Shown piece by piece: positions 19,027 to 28,323 of a stretch of 32,000 bases of DNA. The stretch covers positions 1,980,001 to 2,012,000 of the forward strand of contig NZ_CP142525.1 in the NCBI RefSeq assembly GCF_051097895.1, written 5' to 3'. This stretch comes from Psychrobacter sp. HD31. Lineage in GTDB: Bacteria > Pseudomonadota > Gammaproteobacteria > Pseudomonadales > Moraxellaceae. Made by a program: the position numbers and the translations under genes. Below the pieces are notes generated by a model, which made no database searches, was not told the origin of the DNA, and saw nothing but the letters and a program-made list of their open reading frames with translations. The first letter of the stretch is position 1. Each line of letters starts with the position of its first letter.

Positions 19027-20034
19027 ATGATGCTACATGCAACTGAGTTTCTTACGCCTAACGCTATTAACGTTGAGACAGTAAATGAAACTAATGCAAA
19101 AGTCACGCTCGAGCCGTTAGAACGCGGCTTTGGGCATACACTTGGTAATGCCTTACGCCGTATCTTACTATCTTCTTTGCCTGGTGCAGCTGTTATTGAA
19201 GCTGAAATCGAAGGTGTTGATCATGAGTATTCAACACTAGAAGGTTTGCAAGAAGATGTACTTGATTTGCTACTTAACTTAAAATCGCTAGCGATTACTC
19301 TACACGACACCCATGAAGTCTTCTTAACTTTAGATAAAAAAGGTGCCGGTACGGTAACAGCAGCAGATATCGATTTACCACATAATGTTGAAATCATGAA
19401 CCCTGAGCTTGTACTTGGTACACTTAGTGATCGTGGTCATCTTAAGATGAAACTGCGTGTGGCAATGGGTCGTGGTTATGAGCCAGCAAATCAACGTAGC
19501 GAAGATGGGGATACAAAAGCGATTGGTCGTCTTAAATTAGACGCAAGCTACAGCCCAGTTGTCCGTGTTGCTTATCAAGTAGAAAATGCGCGTGTTGAAC
19601 AGCGTACTGACCTTGATAAACTGATTATTGATCTTGAAACCAACGGTACAATTGATCCTGAAGAAGCAATTCGCAAGTCTGCAACTATTTTGCAGCAGCA
19701 AATTGCTATTTTTGTGGACTTAGAAGCTGAACAAGCCCCAGAACCTGTTGCGGAAAAAGAAGAGATTGACCCTGCGTTATTACGTCCAGTGGATGATCTT
19801 GAACTAACGGTTCGCTCAGCAAACTGTTTGAAAGCTGAAAATATTTATTATATCGGTGATTTGGTACAACGCACAGAAACTGAGCTGTTGAAAACACCAA
19901 ACTTAGGTAAAAAATCGCTAACTGAAATTAAAGATGTGCTTGCGGCACAAGATTTAGAGTTAGGTATGCGACTAGAAAACTGGCCACCATCAGACCTACG
20001 TGTTGATGACCGTTTTTCGTACCGTAGCCGTTAA
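19027..20034 (+). CDS. rpoA: DNA-directed RNA polymerase subunit alpha
   Basis: [27 protein letters not shown] is identical in pattern to E. coli RpoA, and the C-terminal domain ([42 protein letters not shown]) is present. GTG 19018 in the ORF track overlaps the GAGG SD; ATG 19027 (or 19030) is better spaced. Confidence 0.97.
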   Translation: MMLHATEFLTPNAINVETVNETNAKVTLEPLERGFGHTLGNALRRILLSSLPGAAVIEAEIEGVDHEYSTLEGLQEDVLDLLLNLKSLAITLHDTHEVFLTLDKKGAGTVTAADIDLPHNVEIMNPELVLGTLSDRGHLKMKLRVAMGRGYEPANQRSEDGDTKAIGRLKLDASYSPVVRVAYQVENARVEQRTDLDKLIIDLETNGTIDPEEAIRKSATILQQQIAIFVDLEAEQAPEPVAEKEEIDPALLRPVDDLELTVRSANCLKAENIYYIGDLVQRTETELLKTPNLGKKSLTEIKDVLAAQDLELGMRLENWPPSDLRVDDRFSYRSR

Positions 20035-20051
20035 ACACAAGGATTATAACC

Positions 20052-20411
20052 ATGCGACATCGCAAAAGTGGAAAGAAGCTGGGTCGTACCAGCAGCCATC
20101 GCAAGGCAATGTTCCAAAACATGACTAACTCATTGTTTGAGCATGAGTTGATCAAAACAACTTTGCCTAAAGCAAAAGAGCTACGCCGTGTAGCAGAGCC
20201 ATTAATTACATTGGCAAAAGAAGACAGCGTTGCAAACCGTCGTCTTGCTTTTAGCCGTATGCGTAACAAAGATATGGTTGGTAAACTATTTGGTGAACTT
20301 GGTCCTCGTTACCAAACTCGCCCAGGTGGTTACTTACGTATTATCAAGTGTGGTCACCGTGATGGTGATAACGCGCCTATGGCTTATGTAGAATTAGTTG
20401 ATCGTGACTAA
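20052..20411 (+). CDS. rplQ: 50S ribosomal protein L17
   Basis: 119 aa. [45 protein letters not shown] is the L17 signature. Last gene of the alpha cluster. Confidence 0.98.
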   Translation: MRHRKSGKKLGRTSSHRKAMFQNMTNSLFEHELIKTTLPKAKELRRVAEPLITLAKEDSVANRRLAFSRMRNKDMVGKLFGELGPRYQTRPGGYLRIIKCGHRDGDNAPMAYVELVDRD

Positions 20412-20419
20412 TTTATAAT

Positions 20420-20470
20420 ATGCCTAAAAAAGACCTTAGTTAACTAACTAAGGTCTTTTTTTATAGGCAT
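20420..20470. terminator. Bidirectional rho-independent terminator between convergent rplQ and yciO
   Basis: AGACCTTAGTT (20431-20441), AACT loop, AACTAAGGTCT (20446-20456). It is flanked by A6 upstream and T7 downstream, and the outer ATGCCT/AGGCAT arms extend the dyad. Confidence 0.8.
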
Positions 20471-20525
20471 ATTTTAGGTTAATCACTAAAAAAGAATAGA
20501 TTGTTTTTTATAAACTTTGAGATTA

Positions 20526-21146
20526 TTAAAAGATAATGCTCTCTGGATTTATAGCACCAGTCCTTATTAATTTGGCTTCGCTATCTGATAAGTCGATAAT
20601 AGTGGTTAACTTAGTGGTCCTGATACCAGCGTTAACCAACATATCAGCTTGGTTGAATAGCAACTCTTCAATTTCAAAAGGATCATCTAAGACGGTATCA
20701 TGCTCAGGTAAAATCAGTGTGCTTGTTAAAATAGGCTCGCCCATTTGTTGTAAAATAGCTTGGGCAATTGGGTTACTGGGCACACGTATTCCAATGGTCT
20801 TCTTTTTTGGGTGTGCTAATTTTTTTGGCAAATCTTTGGTTGCGGCTAAAATAAAGGTAATAGGATTGGGTGTGTTTGCTTTTAAAATTTTGTACTGTTG
20901 ATTACTGACAGTCGCAAATTTTGCAATCTCACTTAAGTCATGGCACATCAAAGCAAATTGATGTTTGTCTTCTAATTGGCGGATTTGTTTTAATTTGTTT
21001 AATGCCTGCTTTGAGCCAATTTTACAGGCAAAAGCATAGCTGGTGTCTGTAGGGTAGATGACAAGTTTATCCTGAGTTAGTGCCTCGGCAACCTGCTGTA
21101 TTAGGCGTGGTTGTGGGTTGTCTGGGTGTATGTAGAGGGTTTGCAT
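20526..21146 (-). CDS. yciO: YrdC/Sua5-fold protein, YciO-type (L-threonylcarbamoyladenylate synthase-like)
   Basis: 206 aa. YIHPDNPQPRLIQQ...VIYPTDTSYAFACKIG.K.A...KQIRQL.DKH.FALMC.DLSE...KKKTIGIRVPSNPIAQAIL...GEPILTSTL is colinear with my recollection of E. coli YciO, which is also 206 aa. Confidence 0.85.
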   Translation of the reverse strand: MQTLYIHPDNPQPRLIQQVAEALTQDKLVIYPTDTSYAFACKIGSKQALNKLKQIRQLEDKHQFALMCHDLSEIAKFATVSNQQYKILKANTPNPITFILAATKDLPKKLAHPKKKTIGIRVPSNPIAQAILQQMGEPILTSTLILPEHDTVLDDPFEIEELLFNQADMLVNAGIRTTKLTTIIDLSDSEAKLIRTGAINPESIIF

Positions 21147-21174
21147 TGTTATTCCTTAACTTTTAATATATTGT

Positions 21175-21846
21175 TTATTGTAGGCAAGTTTTTACCAATG
21201 TAATTAATAGGAGCTGTGCGTCTTTTGGTAGTATTGATGGCTGGGTTAAATAGTCATGAACTTGGTTATAAACATCTTGTTCAAAAGTACTGTTACTGGT
21301 ATCAAAATTGGCAAATAAATTATCTTGCGATACTCTAAAAAATCGCCCACATGCTAAAGTTAGCAGACACTCAATGGCTTGCGGTTTTATTTCTACTTTT
21401 TCAAAGTTTTTTTGTTGTTCTTCGCTGCGGCCATCGGGTGCGTACCAATAGCCAAAATCATTCAAAGTACGTCTTTGTTTGCCAGCAATGCACCAGTGAC
21501 TTATTTCATGCAATGCGCTGGCAAAAAAGCCGTGTGCAAACACAATCTTGGCAGGTTCATTAACAGTTGCCGGAAAGTATTCTGGCTCATCGATACCATC
21601 TTTGAATTCACCACGTACCAAAATGGTATTATGATGAGTAAATAATCGATTAAATAAAGTGATAAGCCATTCTGTTAGCAGGTGCTCTTTTGACGCATCA
21701 TTTAGGCTGGTATCATTTATTTTTTGCCAATTGTCTTTATATCGTTCAATATCGTCATTTAGTAATAACGGTTGTATTTGTAATATCTTTTGCCATAACT
21801 TGGGGGCGTTGTGATAAGTGATTTTTTCGAATAAAGAATTTGTCAT
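21175..21846 (-). CDS. epmC: Elongation factor P hydroxylase EpmC (YfcM family)
   Basis: IVFAHGFFASALHEISHWCIAGKQRR.L.DFGYWY.PDGR...Q..FE.VE.KPQA matches the conserved core of E. coli YfcM/EpmC. The ORF track starts at GTG 21849; the adjacent ATG at 21846 is preferred. Confidence 0.85.
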   Translation of the reverse strand: MTNSLFEKITYHNAPKLWQKILQIQPLLLNDDIERYKDNWQKINDTSLNDASKEHLLTEWLITLFNRLFTHHNTILVRGEFKDGIDEPEYFPATVNEPAKIVFAHGFFASALHEISHWCIAGKQRRTLNDFGYWYAPDGRSEEQQKNFEKVEIKPQAIECLLTLACGRFFRVSQDNLFANFDTSNSTFEQDVYNQVHDYLTQPSILPKDAQLLLITLVKTCLQ

Positions 21847-21930
21847 CACGATGAAAACTTAGCAGCTTATGATTAAAAAAATAAATTTAACTCAACAGAC
21901 ATAAATTGTATCATACTAGATTATAATTAT

Positions 21931-22033
21931 ATGAATTATATGAATTATATGAATTATATGAATTATATGAATTATATGAATTATATGAATTATATGAATT
22001 ATATGACTTATATGACTTATATGACTTATATGA
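21931..22033. repeat. 9-bp perfect tandem repeat: ATGAATTAT x8, then ATGACTTAT x3, plus a partial unit
   Basis: Counted directly. Units start at 21931, 21940, 21949, 21958, 21967, 21976, 21985 and 21994 (A variant) and at 22003, 22012 and 22021 (C variant), with a partial ATGA at 22030. A degenerate copy lies at 21923-21930. The array sits in the epmC/yceD divergent intergenic region. Confidence 0.98.
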
Positions 22034-22095
22034 TATGTGCCGCATAGTTTTATGTTAGAATTCGGCGGTTTAACCACGCCGATAAAGGGGAATGG

Positions 22096-22641
22096 GTGCC
22101 AATAATGACAGATTCAATTAGTACAGAGTTAATAAAAAAAATTGACTTAAGTAAGTGGTCAGAGCAAGAGTTTAAATGGTCTGGTAACTTGTCAATTAAC
22201 TATTTTACAAGAATATGTGCCGAACTCTTGGATAAACCGCATGATGACTTAAAGTTTGATTGTCAGCTTAAAAGAGTAAGCAATGTGTTATGGCTAACCT
22301 TTAATGCAGATGGTACCTTTTGGCTGGAGTGTCAACGTTGTTTGCAACCGGTAGCAATACAGTTGAACAAGTCGCATGAAATCGCTTTGTTAGAGGCAGA
22401 ATCACAAGTGAGTGCCTTGGATGAAGATGATGACTACTTAATGCTTGATGAATTAGTTGCCATGGATCAAAAAAAACAACTGCTAGATTTATCGATGTTA
22501 ATTGAAGATGAATTGTTGCTTGATTTACCCATCGCACCAAAACATGTAGATTGTGAAATGGCAGTGAAACAAGTAGGCGAAATCATTGAAGAAGAGCCAG
22601 AGAATCCTTTTGCAGCGCTTGCAGGGTTAAAATCGCATTAA
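22096..22641 (+). CDS. yceD: YceD/DUF177 family protein (large-subunit rRNA accumulation protein)
   Basis: 181 aa with ECQRCLQPV and a later HVDCE Cys pair. The acidic C-terminus ending ENPFAALAGLKSH parallels E. coli YceD (...PNPFAVLASLKRK). Directly upstream of rpmF, as in E. coli. The start is GTG 22096 (GGGG SD 5 nt upstream) or ATG 22105. Confidence 0.88.
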   Translation: MPIMTDSISTELIKKIDLSKWSEQEFKWSGNLSINYFTRICAELLDKPHDDLKFDCQLKRVSNVLWLTFNADGTFWLECQRCLQPVAIQLNKSHEIALLEAESQVSALDEDDDYLMLDELVAMDQKKQLLDLSMLIEDELLLDLPIAPKHVDCEMAVKQVGEIIEEEPENPFAALAGLKSH

Positions 22642-22848
22642 TTAATCGCTTGGTGCAATCATATAAAATGATGTTAGAAGATAAAAATTAAGTTTTATCA
22701 AAGATTTTACTTTATTATTTTTAATTTTATGCGTATAATTGCGAGTTTGTTATATATTGAACTCAAGTTAAAGACATTATACCCGCATACTTTGGGTGTT
22801 AGCCCTTAAGTTCATACCCAAAGTTAATTGAAGCACAGGAGTTATCTC

Positions 22849-23031
22849 ATGGCTGTTCAGCAAAGTCGTAAAAGTCGTTCACGTCGTGACATGCGTCGTT
22901 CACATCATCAAATGCCAGTTGCAGAGTTGAGTTTAGATTCAACCACTGGTGAAAAACACCGTCGTCACCACATGACCAAAGATGGTTTCTATCGCGGCCG
23001 TCAGTTATTTAAAGTTAGTCAAGAAGACTAA
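22849..23031 (+). CDS. rpmF: 50S ribosomal protein L32 (non-zinc form)
   Basis: The ORF track starts at 22828. ATG 22849 has an AGGAG SD 7 nt upstream and gives [19 protein letters not shown]...TGEKH.RHH.T.DG.YRGR (60 aa), colinear with E. coli L32. Confidence 0.97.
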   Translation: MAVQQSRKSRSRRDMRRSHHQMPVAELSLDSTTGEKHRRHHMTKDGFYRGRQLFKVSQED

Positions 23032-23138
23032 TTTAAAAGTTTAGGTTAGTATTGCGTTTAGCAAGTTCTTTTTTTACAATGGCAAAAGCAAAATAGTCAT
23101 TAACTTGCAATCTCAAACTAATTAAAAACAAAACTAAA

Positions 23139-23210
23139 AACCAAGTTATGATGCTTAATTTAAATTACTGTATTCAGTAAAAATTAGCGACATAGCTTGG
23201 TTTTTTATTT
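23139..23210 (+). terminator. Long rod-like hairpin with U-run in the rpmF-fabD gap (probable rpmF terminator)
   Basis: The outer stem AACCAAGTTATG (23139-23150) pairs with CATAGCTTGGTT (23191-23202): 12 bp with one G-U. The inner stem TTACTG (23165-23170) pairs with CAGTAA (23175-23180), and GCTTAATTT / AAATTAGC pair in between. Followed by TTTTTTATTT. Confidence 0.5.
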
Positions 23211-23273
23211 ATGATGTATAATATTGATTAGTCGATAAACTTAATTAGCGCATTATTTTAATGAGTAACATTT

Positions 23274-24245
23274 ATGGATAGCACAAAAGTCGGCTTGGAT
23301 GATAAGCCAAATAAAAGAATCGCCATCGTATTCCCTGGTCAGGGCTCACAAAATGTCGGGATGTTAACCGAGCTGAGTGAAGAATACCCCATTATTACAC
23401 AAACATTTACTGAGGCAAGTAATGCCCTTGGGTTTGATTTGTGGGAAGTTTGCCAAGATGAGCAACAGTTAAACCAAACCGAATATACGCAACCTGCCTT
23501 GCTAACGGCAAGTGTTGCTTTATGGCGGGTTTTAAAAGATCAAGTTGAGCAACCTGTTTTTATGGCAGGGCATTCGTTAGGTGAATTTAGTGCGTTATGT
23601 GCTTCAGGTGCAATTTCACTTGCAGATGCAGTGGTGCTGGTACATAAACGTGGTAAGCTGATGCAAGAAGCGGTTGCAAATCAGGAAACGATGATGGCAG
23701 CTGTGTTAGGCTTAGAAGACGAACAAGTGTTAAGCCTTTGTGAACAAATTAGAGAATTGGATGAAGCCGCCAGTGTGAATCCTGCTAATTTTAATAGCCC
23801 AGGCCAAGTGGTGATTGCTGGCAATAAAACTGGGGTTGAACAGGTTGTTGAACAAGTTAAAAACAATCTTGGTAAAAAAGCGATTCCGTTAAAGGTGAGT
23901 GTGCCTTCACACTGTGAGCTGATGCAGCCTGCCAGTGAAGCACTACAAGCAGAGCTGAATCGTGTCAAAATTAACGAGCCATTGATTCCAGTTATCCAAA
24001 ACAGGCATGCGCGAGTTGAAAAAACTATGCCAAATATTAAGCAAGCACTTGTTGAACAGTTAAGTAACCCGGTACAGTGGGCAAAAACGATAGAAGAGCT
24101 AGCCGCAAAGCAAGTTGAACTCTTGATTGAAGTGGGCAGTGGTAACGTTTTGACTAACTTAACAAAACGTCAAAAAAACGTTATTCCAGCTTATCCTACC
24201 GACAGACCAGAGCGATTACAAAAATTATTTGAGGAGTTATCATGA
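23274..24245 (+). CDS. fabD: Malonyl-CoA:ACP transacylase
   Basis: 323 aa with the FPGQGSQ.VGM, GHSLGE.SAL, NFNSPGQVVIAG, VSVPSHC.LM and NPVQW motifs of FabD. Confidence 0.97.
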   Translation: MDSTKVGLDDKPNKRIAIVFPGQGSQNVGMLTELSEEYPIITQTFTEASNALGFDLWEVCQDEQQLNQTEYTQPALLTASVALWRVLKDQVEQPVFMAGHSLGEFSALCASGAISLADAVVLVHKRGKLMQEAVANQETMMAAVLGLEDEQVLSLCEQIRELDEAASVNPANFNSPGQVVIAGNKTGVEQVVEQVKNNLGKKAIPLKVSVPSHCELMQPASEALQAELNRVKINEPLIPVIQNRHARVEKTMPNIKQALVEQLSNPVQWAKTIEELAAKQVELLIEVGSGNVLTNLTKRQKNVIPAYPTDRPERLQKLFEELS

Positions 24246-24979
24246 GCCGTACAATTACACTTGTTAGTGGGGCAAGCCGAGGGATTGGCAAAGCAATTGC
24301 AAAGCGTTTTGCAAAAGAAGGTCATTTTGTGATTGGTACTGCAACGTCAGAGGCGGGTGTTGAATCAATTGAAACCTATCTAAATGATATCTCTGATTCT
24401 GCGGGTATTGGTCGTGTTCTTGATGTTTGTGATCAAGAGCAAATTGAAAGACTATTTGAAGAAATTGAAAGTGTTTATGGCAATGTGCAGGTATTGGTTA
24501 ATAACGCAGGCATTGCGAAAGATGGTTTATTAATGCGCATGAGTGATGATGATTGGTCTAGCGTCATTGATACAAACATGACTTCTGTATATCGTATGAG
24601 CAAAAGAGCCGTGCGAGGAATGATGAAGGCACGTCGTGGTCGTATTATCAACATCACATCAGTGATTGCTCAAATGGGTAATGCTGGGCAAGCAAACTAT
24701 GCGGCTAGTAAAGCTGGTACCGAAGGATTTACACGCACACTAGCACGTGAGGTTGGTTCTCGTCATATTACTGTCAATGCAGTTGCACCAGGGTTTATCG
24801 AAACAGACATGACCGATGAATTAGATGAACGTTTGGTTAACTCCATGCTTGATGCCGTGCCATTGGGGCGTTTAGGACAACCAGAAGACATTGCAGCGGC
24901 AGTGAGCTTTTTAGCAGGTGATGAAGCAAGCTATATTACAGGTAGTGTGCTAGCGGTTAACGGTGGTATGTACATGTAG
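24242..24979 (+). CDS. fabG: 3-oxoacyl-ACP reductase
   Basis: 245 aa SDR with TGASRGIG-type (SGASRGIGKAIA), LVNNAGI, GQANYAASKAG, VNAVAPGFIETDMT and NGGMYM motifs. ATGA overlap with the fabD stop. Confidence 0.95.
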   Translation: MSRTITLVSGASRGIGKAIAKRFAKEGHFVIGTATSEAGVESIETYLNDISDSAGIGRVLDVCDQEQIERLFEEIESVYGNVQVLVNNAGIAKDGLLMRMSDDDWSSVIDTNMTSVYRMSKRAVRGMMKARRGRIINITSVIAQMGNAGQANYAASKAGTEGFTRTLAREVGSRHITVNAVAPGFIETDMTDELDERLVNSMLDAVPLGRLGQPEDIAAAVSFLAGDEASYITGSVLAVNGGMYM

Positions 24980-25023
24980 TGGTACATAAGAATAAATCTT
25001 CTATTTATTGTCATATTTTTTAT

Positions 25024-25064
25024 AGTTCCCACCATGGTGCGCTTGTCGAACCATGGTGGGAACT
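25024..25064. other. Perfect 15-bp-stem hairpin after fabG (terminator or REP-like structure)
   Basis: AGTTCCCACCATGGT (25024-25038) pairs with ACCATGGTGGGAACT (25050-25064) around an 11-nt loop. Only TTT follows, so it is an atypical intrinsic terminator. Confidence 0.6.
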
Positions 25065-25071
25065 TTATAAT
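25043..25071 (+). promoter_or_regulatory. Candidate sigma70 promoter of ispH, overlapping the hairpin
   Basis: TTGTCG (25043-25048, in the hairpin loop), 17-nt spacer, TATAAT (25066-25071). About 79 nt upstream of the ispH ATG. Confidence 0.4.
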
Positions 25072-25149
25072 ATCTGAACGACCAACACTCAGTTACCGAG
25101 CAGCATAAAAAGGTAATTGCAATACAAACTATTGAATGGATAAAAAACC

Positions 25150-26106
25150 ATGCAAATTCTTTTGGCTAACCCTCGTGGCTTTTGCGCAGGCGTTGATAGA
25201 GCCATTGCCATTGTTAATGAAGCATTAGCTCGTTTTGAACCACCAATTTATGTGCGTCATGAAGTGGTGCATAATAAATTTGTGGTCTCTGATCTTGCTA
25301 ATAGAGGGGCGGTATTTGTAGAAGAGCTGGATGAAGTACCAGATGGTTCTATTGTTATTTTTTCGGCACATGGGGTATCTAACGCGGTAGAAGAAGAAGC
25401 CAAACGTCGAGACTTAACGGTATTTGATGCCACTTGCCCATTAGTGACCAGAGTACACATGCAAGTGTTAAAATTTGCGCGTCAGGGGATTGATGCTATT
25501 TTAATTGGGCATGAAGGACACCCAGAAGTTGTAGGGACAATGGGGCGTTATGACACCAGTTTTGGTGGAAAAATTCATCTAGTAGAAGACGAAAAAGACG
25601 TTGCCAACTTAGAAATAGTGAATCCAAGTAACCTTGCGTTTGTAACTCAGACCACACTATCTATGGATGATACGGCTGTGGTTGTGGATGCTTTAAAAAA
25701 CAAATATCCAGAGGTAAATAGCCCTCGTAAAGATGACATTTGTTATGCGACTCAAAATAGGCAAGATGCTGTTAAAGACTTAGCCGAGCAATGTGAGGTG
25801 GTTTTGGTCGTTGGCTCACCCAACTCGTCAAACTCAAACCGATTACGTGAACTTGCCGAACGCATGGGCTGTCAGGCATTCTTAGTAGACAATGCCGCTG
25901 AAATGGATAAAGACTGGTTTGTTGGCGTGACTCAAGTGGGCGTCACTGCTGGTGCTTCTGCTCCAGAAGTTTTGATTCAAGAGGTGCTGGATCAACTACA
26001 GGCATGGGGTGGTGACTTGCCAAAAGATTTAGATGGTATTGAAGAAACCGTGACTTTTAAATTACCAAAAGAGCTCAGAATACCCGTTACAGAAGTTAAA
26101 GCCTAG
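25150..26106 (+). CDS. ispH: 4-hydroxy-3-methylbut-2-enyl diphosphate reductase (IspH/LytB)
   Basis: 318 aa. [40 protein letters not shown] and [11 protein letters not shown] give the three conserved Cys contexts of IspH. Confidence 0.96.
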   Translation: MQILLANPRGFCAGVDRAIAIVNEALARFEPPIYVRHEVVHNKFVVSDLANRGAVFVEELDEVPDGSIVIFSAHGVSNAVEEEAKRRDLTVFDATCPLVTRVHMQVLKFARQGIDAILIGHEGHPEVVGTMGRYDTSFGGKIHLVEDEKDVANLEIVNPSNLAFVTQTTLSMDDTAVVVDALKNKYPEVNSPRKDDICYATQNRQDAVKDLAEQCEVVLVVGSPNSSNSNRLRELAERMGCQAFLVDNAAEMDKDWFVGVTQVGVTAGASAPEVLIQEVLDQLQAWGGDLPKDLDGIEETVTFKLPKELRIPVTEVKA

Positions 26107-26140
26107 TATTTTTTAATTAGGAAAATATCAAAAAAACCGT

Positions 26141-26195
26141 TCGTTATTTTTAAATAAACAAACGTAAATAAACGAACGGTTTTTTGCTAATTATT
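26141..26195. terminator. Bidirectional terminator between convergent ispH and oleate hydratase
   Basis: AAAAAACCGTTCGTT (26141-26155) is the perfect reverse complement of AACGAACGGTTTTTT (26181-26195), with a 25-nt AT-rich loop. Confidence 0.65.
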
Positions 26196-26201
26196 GATTA
26201 G

Positions 26202-28139
26202 TTATTGCTTATGCCATAAGTGTTTTAGTTGCTCCCAGTGCTCTGTAAGGTTGGATAAAAGAGAGGCTTGTTCACTTGTGCTTTCGGTTTTTTGAAGCTC
26301 TGGTAAAATATGTTCATAATAAGTCCCTTTAAGTAGTTTGCGTAAAACAGCCGCCCCCATAATTGGTTCGCCATCATTTAATGCCGATGCTCCTTTTAGC
26401 ATATGGCGAATGTCATATTGTAAAGGTGCAATATCAGGTACTTGTTTATTGATGCCAAGCAATTTGTAAACAGCAATGCGTGAAGTGCGTACCGAAGTTT
26501 CCATAGTAAACACCACGTCATTATGAGTTTCTACAAACTGTCCCACCAATCCTAAGTTTTTGCAGCCTGCAGGCACAACCTCAGGGCGGTCACCCATTGC
26601 TCTTGGCATAAACATAGACGTAATATACGGCATATAAGCGGTGCGAGTGATGGTATTGCTCAGTATATCGTCCAGTTTGTCTGTTAAACCAAGATGATGA
26701 CAGAGTTCTGTCACAATTTCATTGCCTGTGCATTTTGGCATGGTTTTGTGTACGACATTACCTGTTTTATCCATAAACAAGGCATATACCCAAACCACCA
26801 GCGTATCACTTGGTTGATTTGGGAAGTGGGGTTGACGGTTGCAGGTAAAGCTCATTAACCAGTTAGAATCGGTAATGGTAATAATACCACCTGTAACTGT
26901 TTTACCAGAGTAGGGATCATTAACAGATAAGGTTTTGAGTTTATCAACGAGCGCCGATGGTTTACAGGTCAAGGTTGCAGACATCCAAGATGATTTGTCG
27001 ACATGGCTATTAAACTTAGTTGGGTTACCAAATATTGGCGATTTTTTTGCTAAGTTATTCCATATTTGCCAGCCTTGTGATTGTCCAATCGCGTTGTTGC
27101 TGGACTTTTTAAAATCAAGGTTAGGCGCGGTGTTGCTATCGCCATAGCGTGTGTCTTCGGTCATTGAGCCTGTTGTCACAATGACAAAATCATCTTGACG
27201 AATGGGGATGTTAATATCTGTACCATTTTGGGTAGAGATAATATTGGTGACCGTTTTACTCGCGTCTTCGTTGATATCTAAATCGGTAACAATCGTATCA
27301 AACTGAATGTTAACACCAAGGGCTGTTAAATGGTTGCGGAGTGGGATGATATAGGTATCATATTGATTATATTTGGGAAATGCCAAAGATGACATGTCAT
27401 TAAGACCATCCAGCGCGTGTAAAAAACGGTGCATGTATAGCTTGCATTCTAATAAGCTATGCCAGTTTTCAAACGCAAACATGGTGCGCCAAAATGTCCA
27501 AAAGTTGCTGTCTAAAAAATCTTGGCTAAAGTAGTCTTCGATGGTTAAATCATCTAAATCTTCTTTGCGTTTTAGTAATAAATGCATAATGGCAAGTTGG
27601 TCTTTCTTTTTTAAACCAAACTTGCTGAAGTCTTTTACTTCACCTTGGTTGTGAATGAGACGAGCGATAGAGTAATTAGAATCGGCATCATTAATCAAGC
27701 GGTACTCATCTAATACGCTATAGCCTTCTGGCATTTCTAAAGCAGGTATGTCCTGGAACATGTCCCACAAATTTTCATAGGTGAAGTCCATCTCTCGTCC
27801 ACCACGAACCATATATCCATCGGTTGCATTGCCCTGACCATCCATTGAACCACCAGTGATGGACAACTGCTCTAAAAATGTGATGTTACTGGCAGGGATT
27901 TTACCATCGCGGATAAAATAATAGGCTGCTGATAAACCGGCAATACCACTCCCAATAATGTAGACCTTACTCTCTTTAAATTTGTTATTTGGTAAACCGA
28001 TATTGCGCTGGTAATTACCAATCTGATCGGGGAGAGGGTAGCTGTTACCAGGTTGATTGTTAACTCGGGTATTACTGGCATCTGGTTGTACACAAAAGTT
28101 GTTTGGGTTGTTATTTGAGTTGTTGTTTGGTTTTTTCAT
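26202..28139 (-). CDS. ohyA: Oleate hydratase (FAD-dependent, MCRA / myosin-cross-reactive antigen family)
   Basis: About 645 aa. It has the [13 protein letters not shown] dinucleotide-binding motif, [17 protein letters not shown] and the ...FVET..DVVFT.E.SVRT... pattern characteristic of MCRA-family hydratases. The ORF track starts at 28181; the internal ATG at 28139 (MKKPNNN...) has an AGAGG SD 6 nt upstream and is preferred. Confidence 0.88.
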   Translation of the reverse strand: MKKPNNNSNNNPNNFCVQPDASNTRVNNQPGNSYPLPDQIGNYQRNIGLPNNKFKESKVYIIGSGIAGLSAAYYFIRDGKIPASNITFLEQLSITGGSMDGQGNATDGYMVRGGREMDFTYENLWDMFQDIPALEMPEGYSVLDEYRLINDADSNYSIARLIHNQGEVKDFSKFGLKKKDQLAIMHLLLKRKEDLDDLTIEDYFSQDFLDSNFWTFWRTMFAFENWHSLLECKLYMHRFLHALDGLNDMSSLAFPKYNQYDTYIIPLRNHLTALGVNIQFDTIVTDLDINEDASKTVTNIISTQNGTDINIPIRQDDFVIVTTGSMTEDTRYGDSNTAPNLDFKKSSNNAIGQSQGWQIWNNLAKKSPIFGNPTKFNSHVDKSSWMSATLTCKPSALVDKLKTLSVNDPYSGKTVTGGIITITDSNWLMSFTCNRQPHFPNQPSDTLVVWVYALFMDKTGNVVHKTMPKCTGNEIVTELCHHLGLTDKLDDILSNTITRTAYMPYITSMFMPRAMGDRPEVVPAGCKNLGLVGQFVETHNDVVFTMETSVRTSRIAVYKLLGINKQVPDIAPLQYDIRHMLKGASALNDGEPIMGAAVLRKLLKGTYYEHILPELQKTESTSEQASLLSNLTEHWEQLKHLWHKQ

Positions 28140-28323
28140 AATAGCCTCTGTTGTTGTTTCTATGGGAGGATCTATCATCATTATTGCATGATAAGTTTTA
28201 GTACCGAAATATTTTTATAAACTGATTATTCATTCTATTTTTAAAGGTGTTTTTGTATTTTTCCTAGAGGGAATCTAATTTCTTAATAGGATGATTTGTT
28301 ACAGTATTAAAGTTTTTTTATGA

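Noticed and set aside
21923-22036. The tandem repeat as a possible CRISPR array
   Set aside because: The units are 9 bp and directly abutting, with no spacers, and no cas genes are nearby. This is a microsatellite or VNTR, not CRISPR.
21931-22047. Small ORF (MNY)8(MTY)3MICAA reading straight through the 9-bp tandem repeat
   Set aside because: There is no Shine-Dalgarno upstream. The composition is purely the repeat unit, every unit supplies its own ATG, and it lies in a divergent promoter region. A non-coding microsatellite is the simpler explanation, so it is kept only as a note in the repeat finding.
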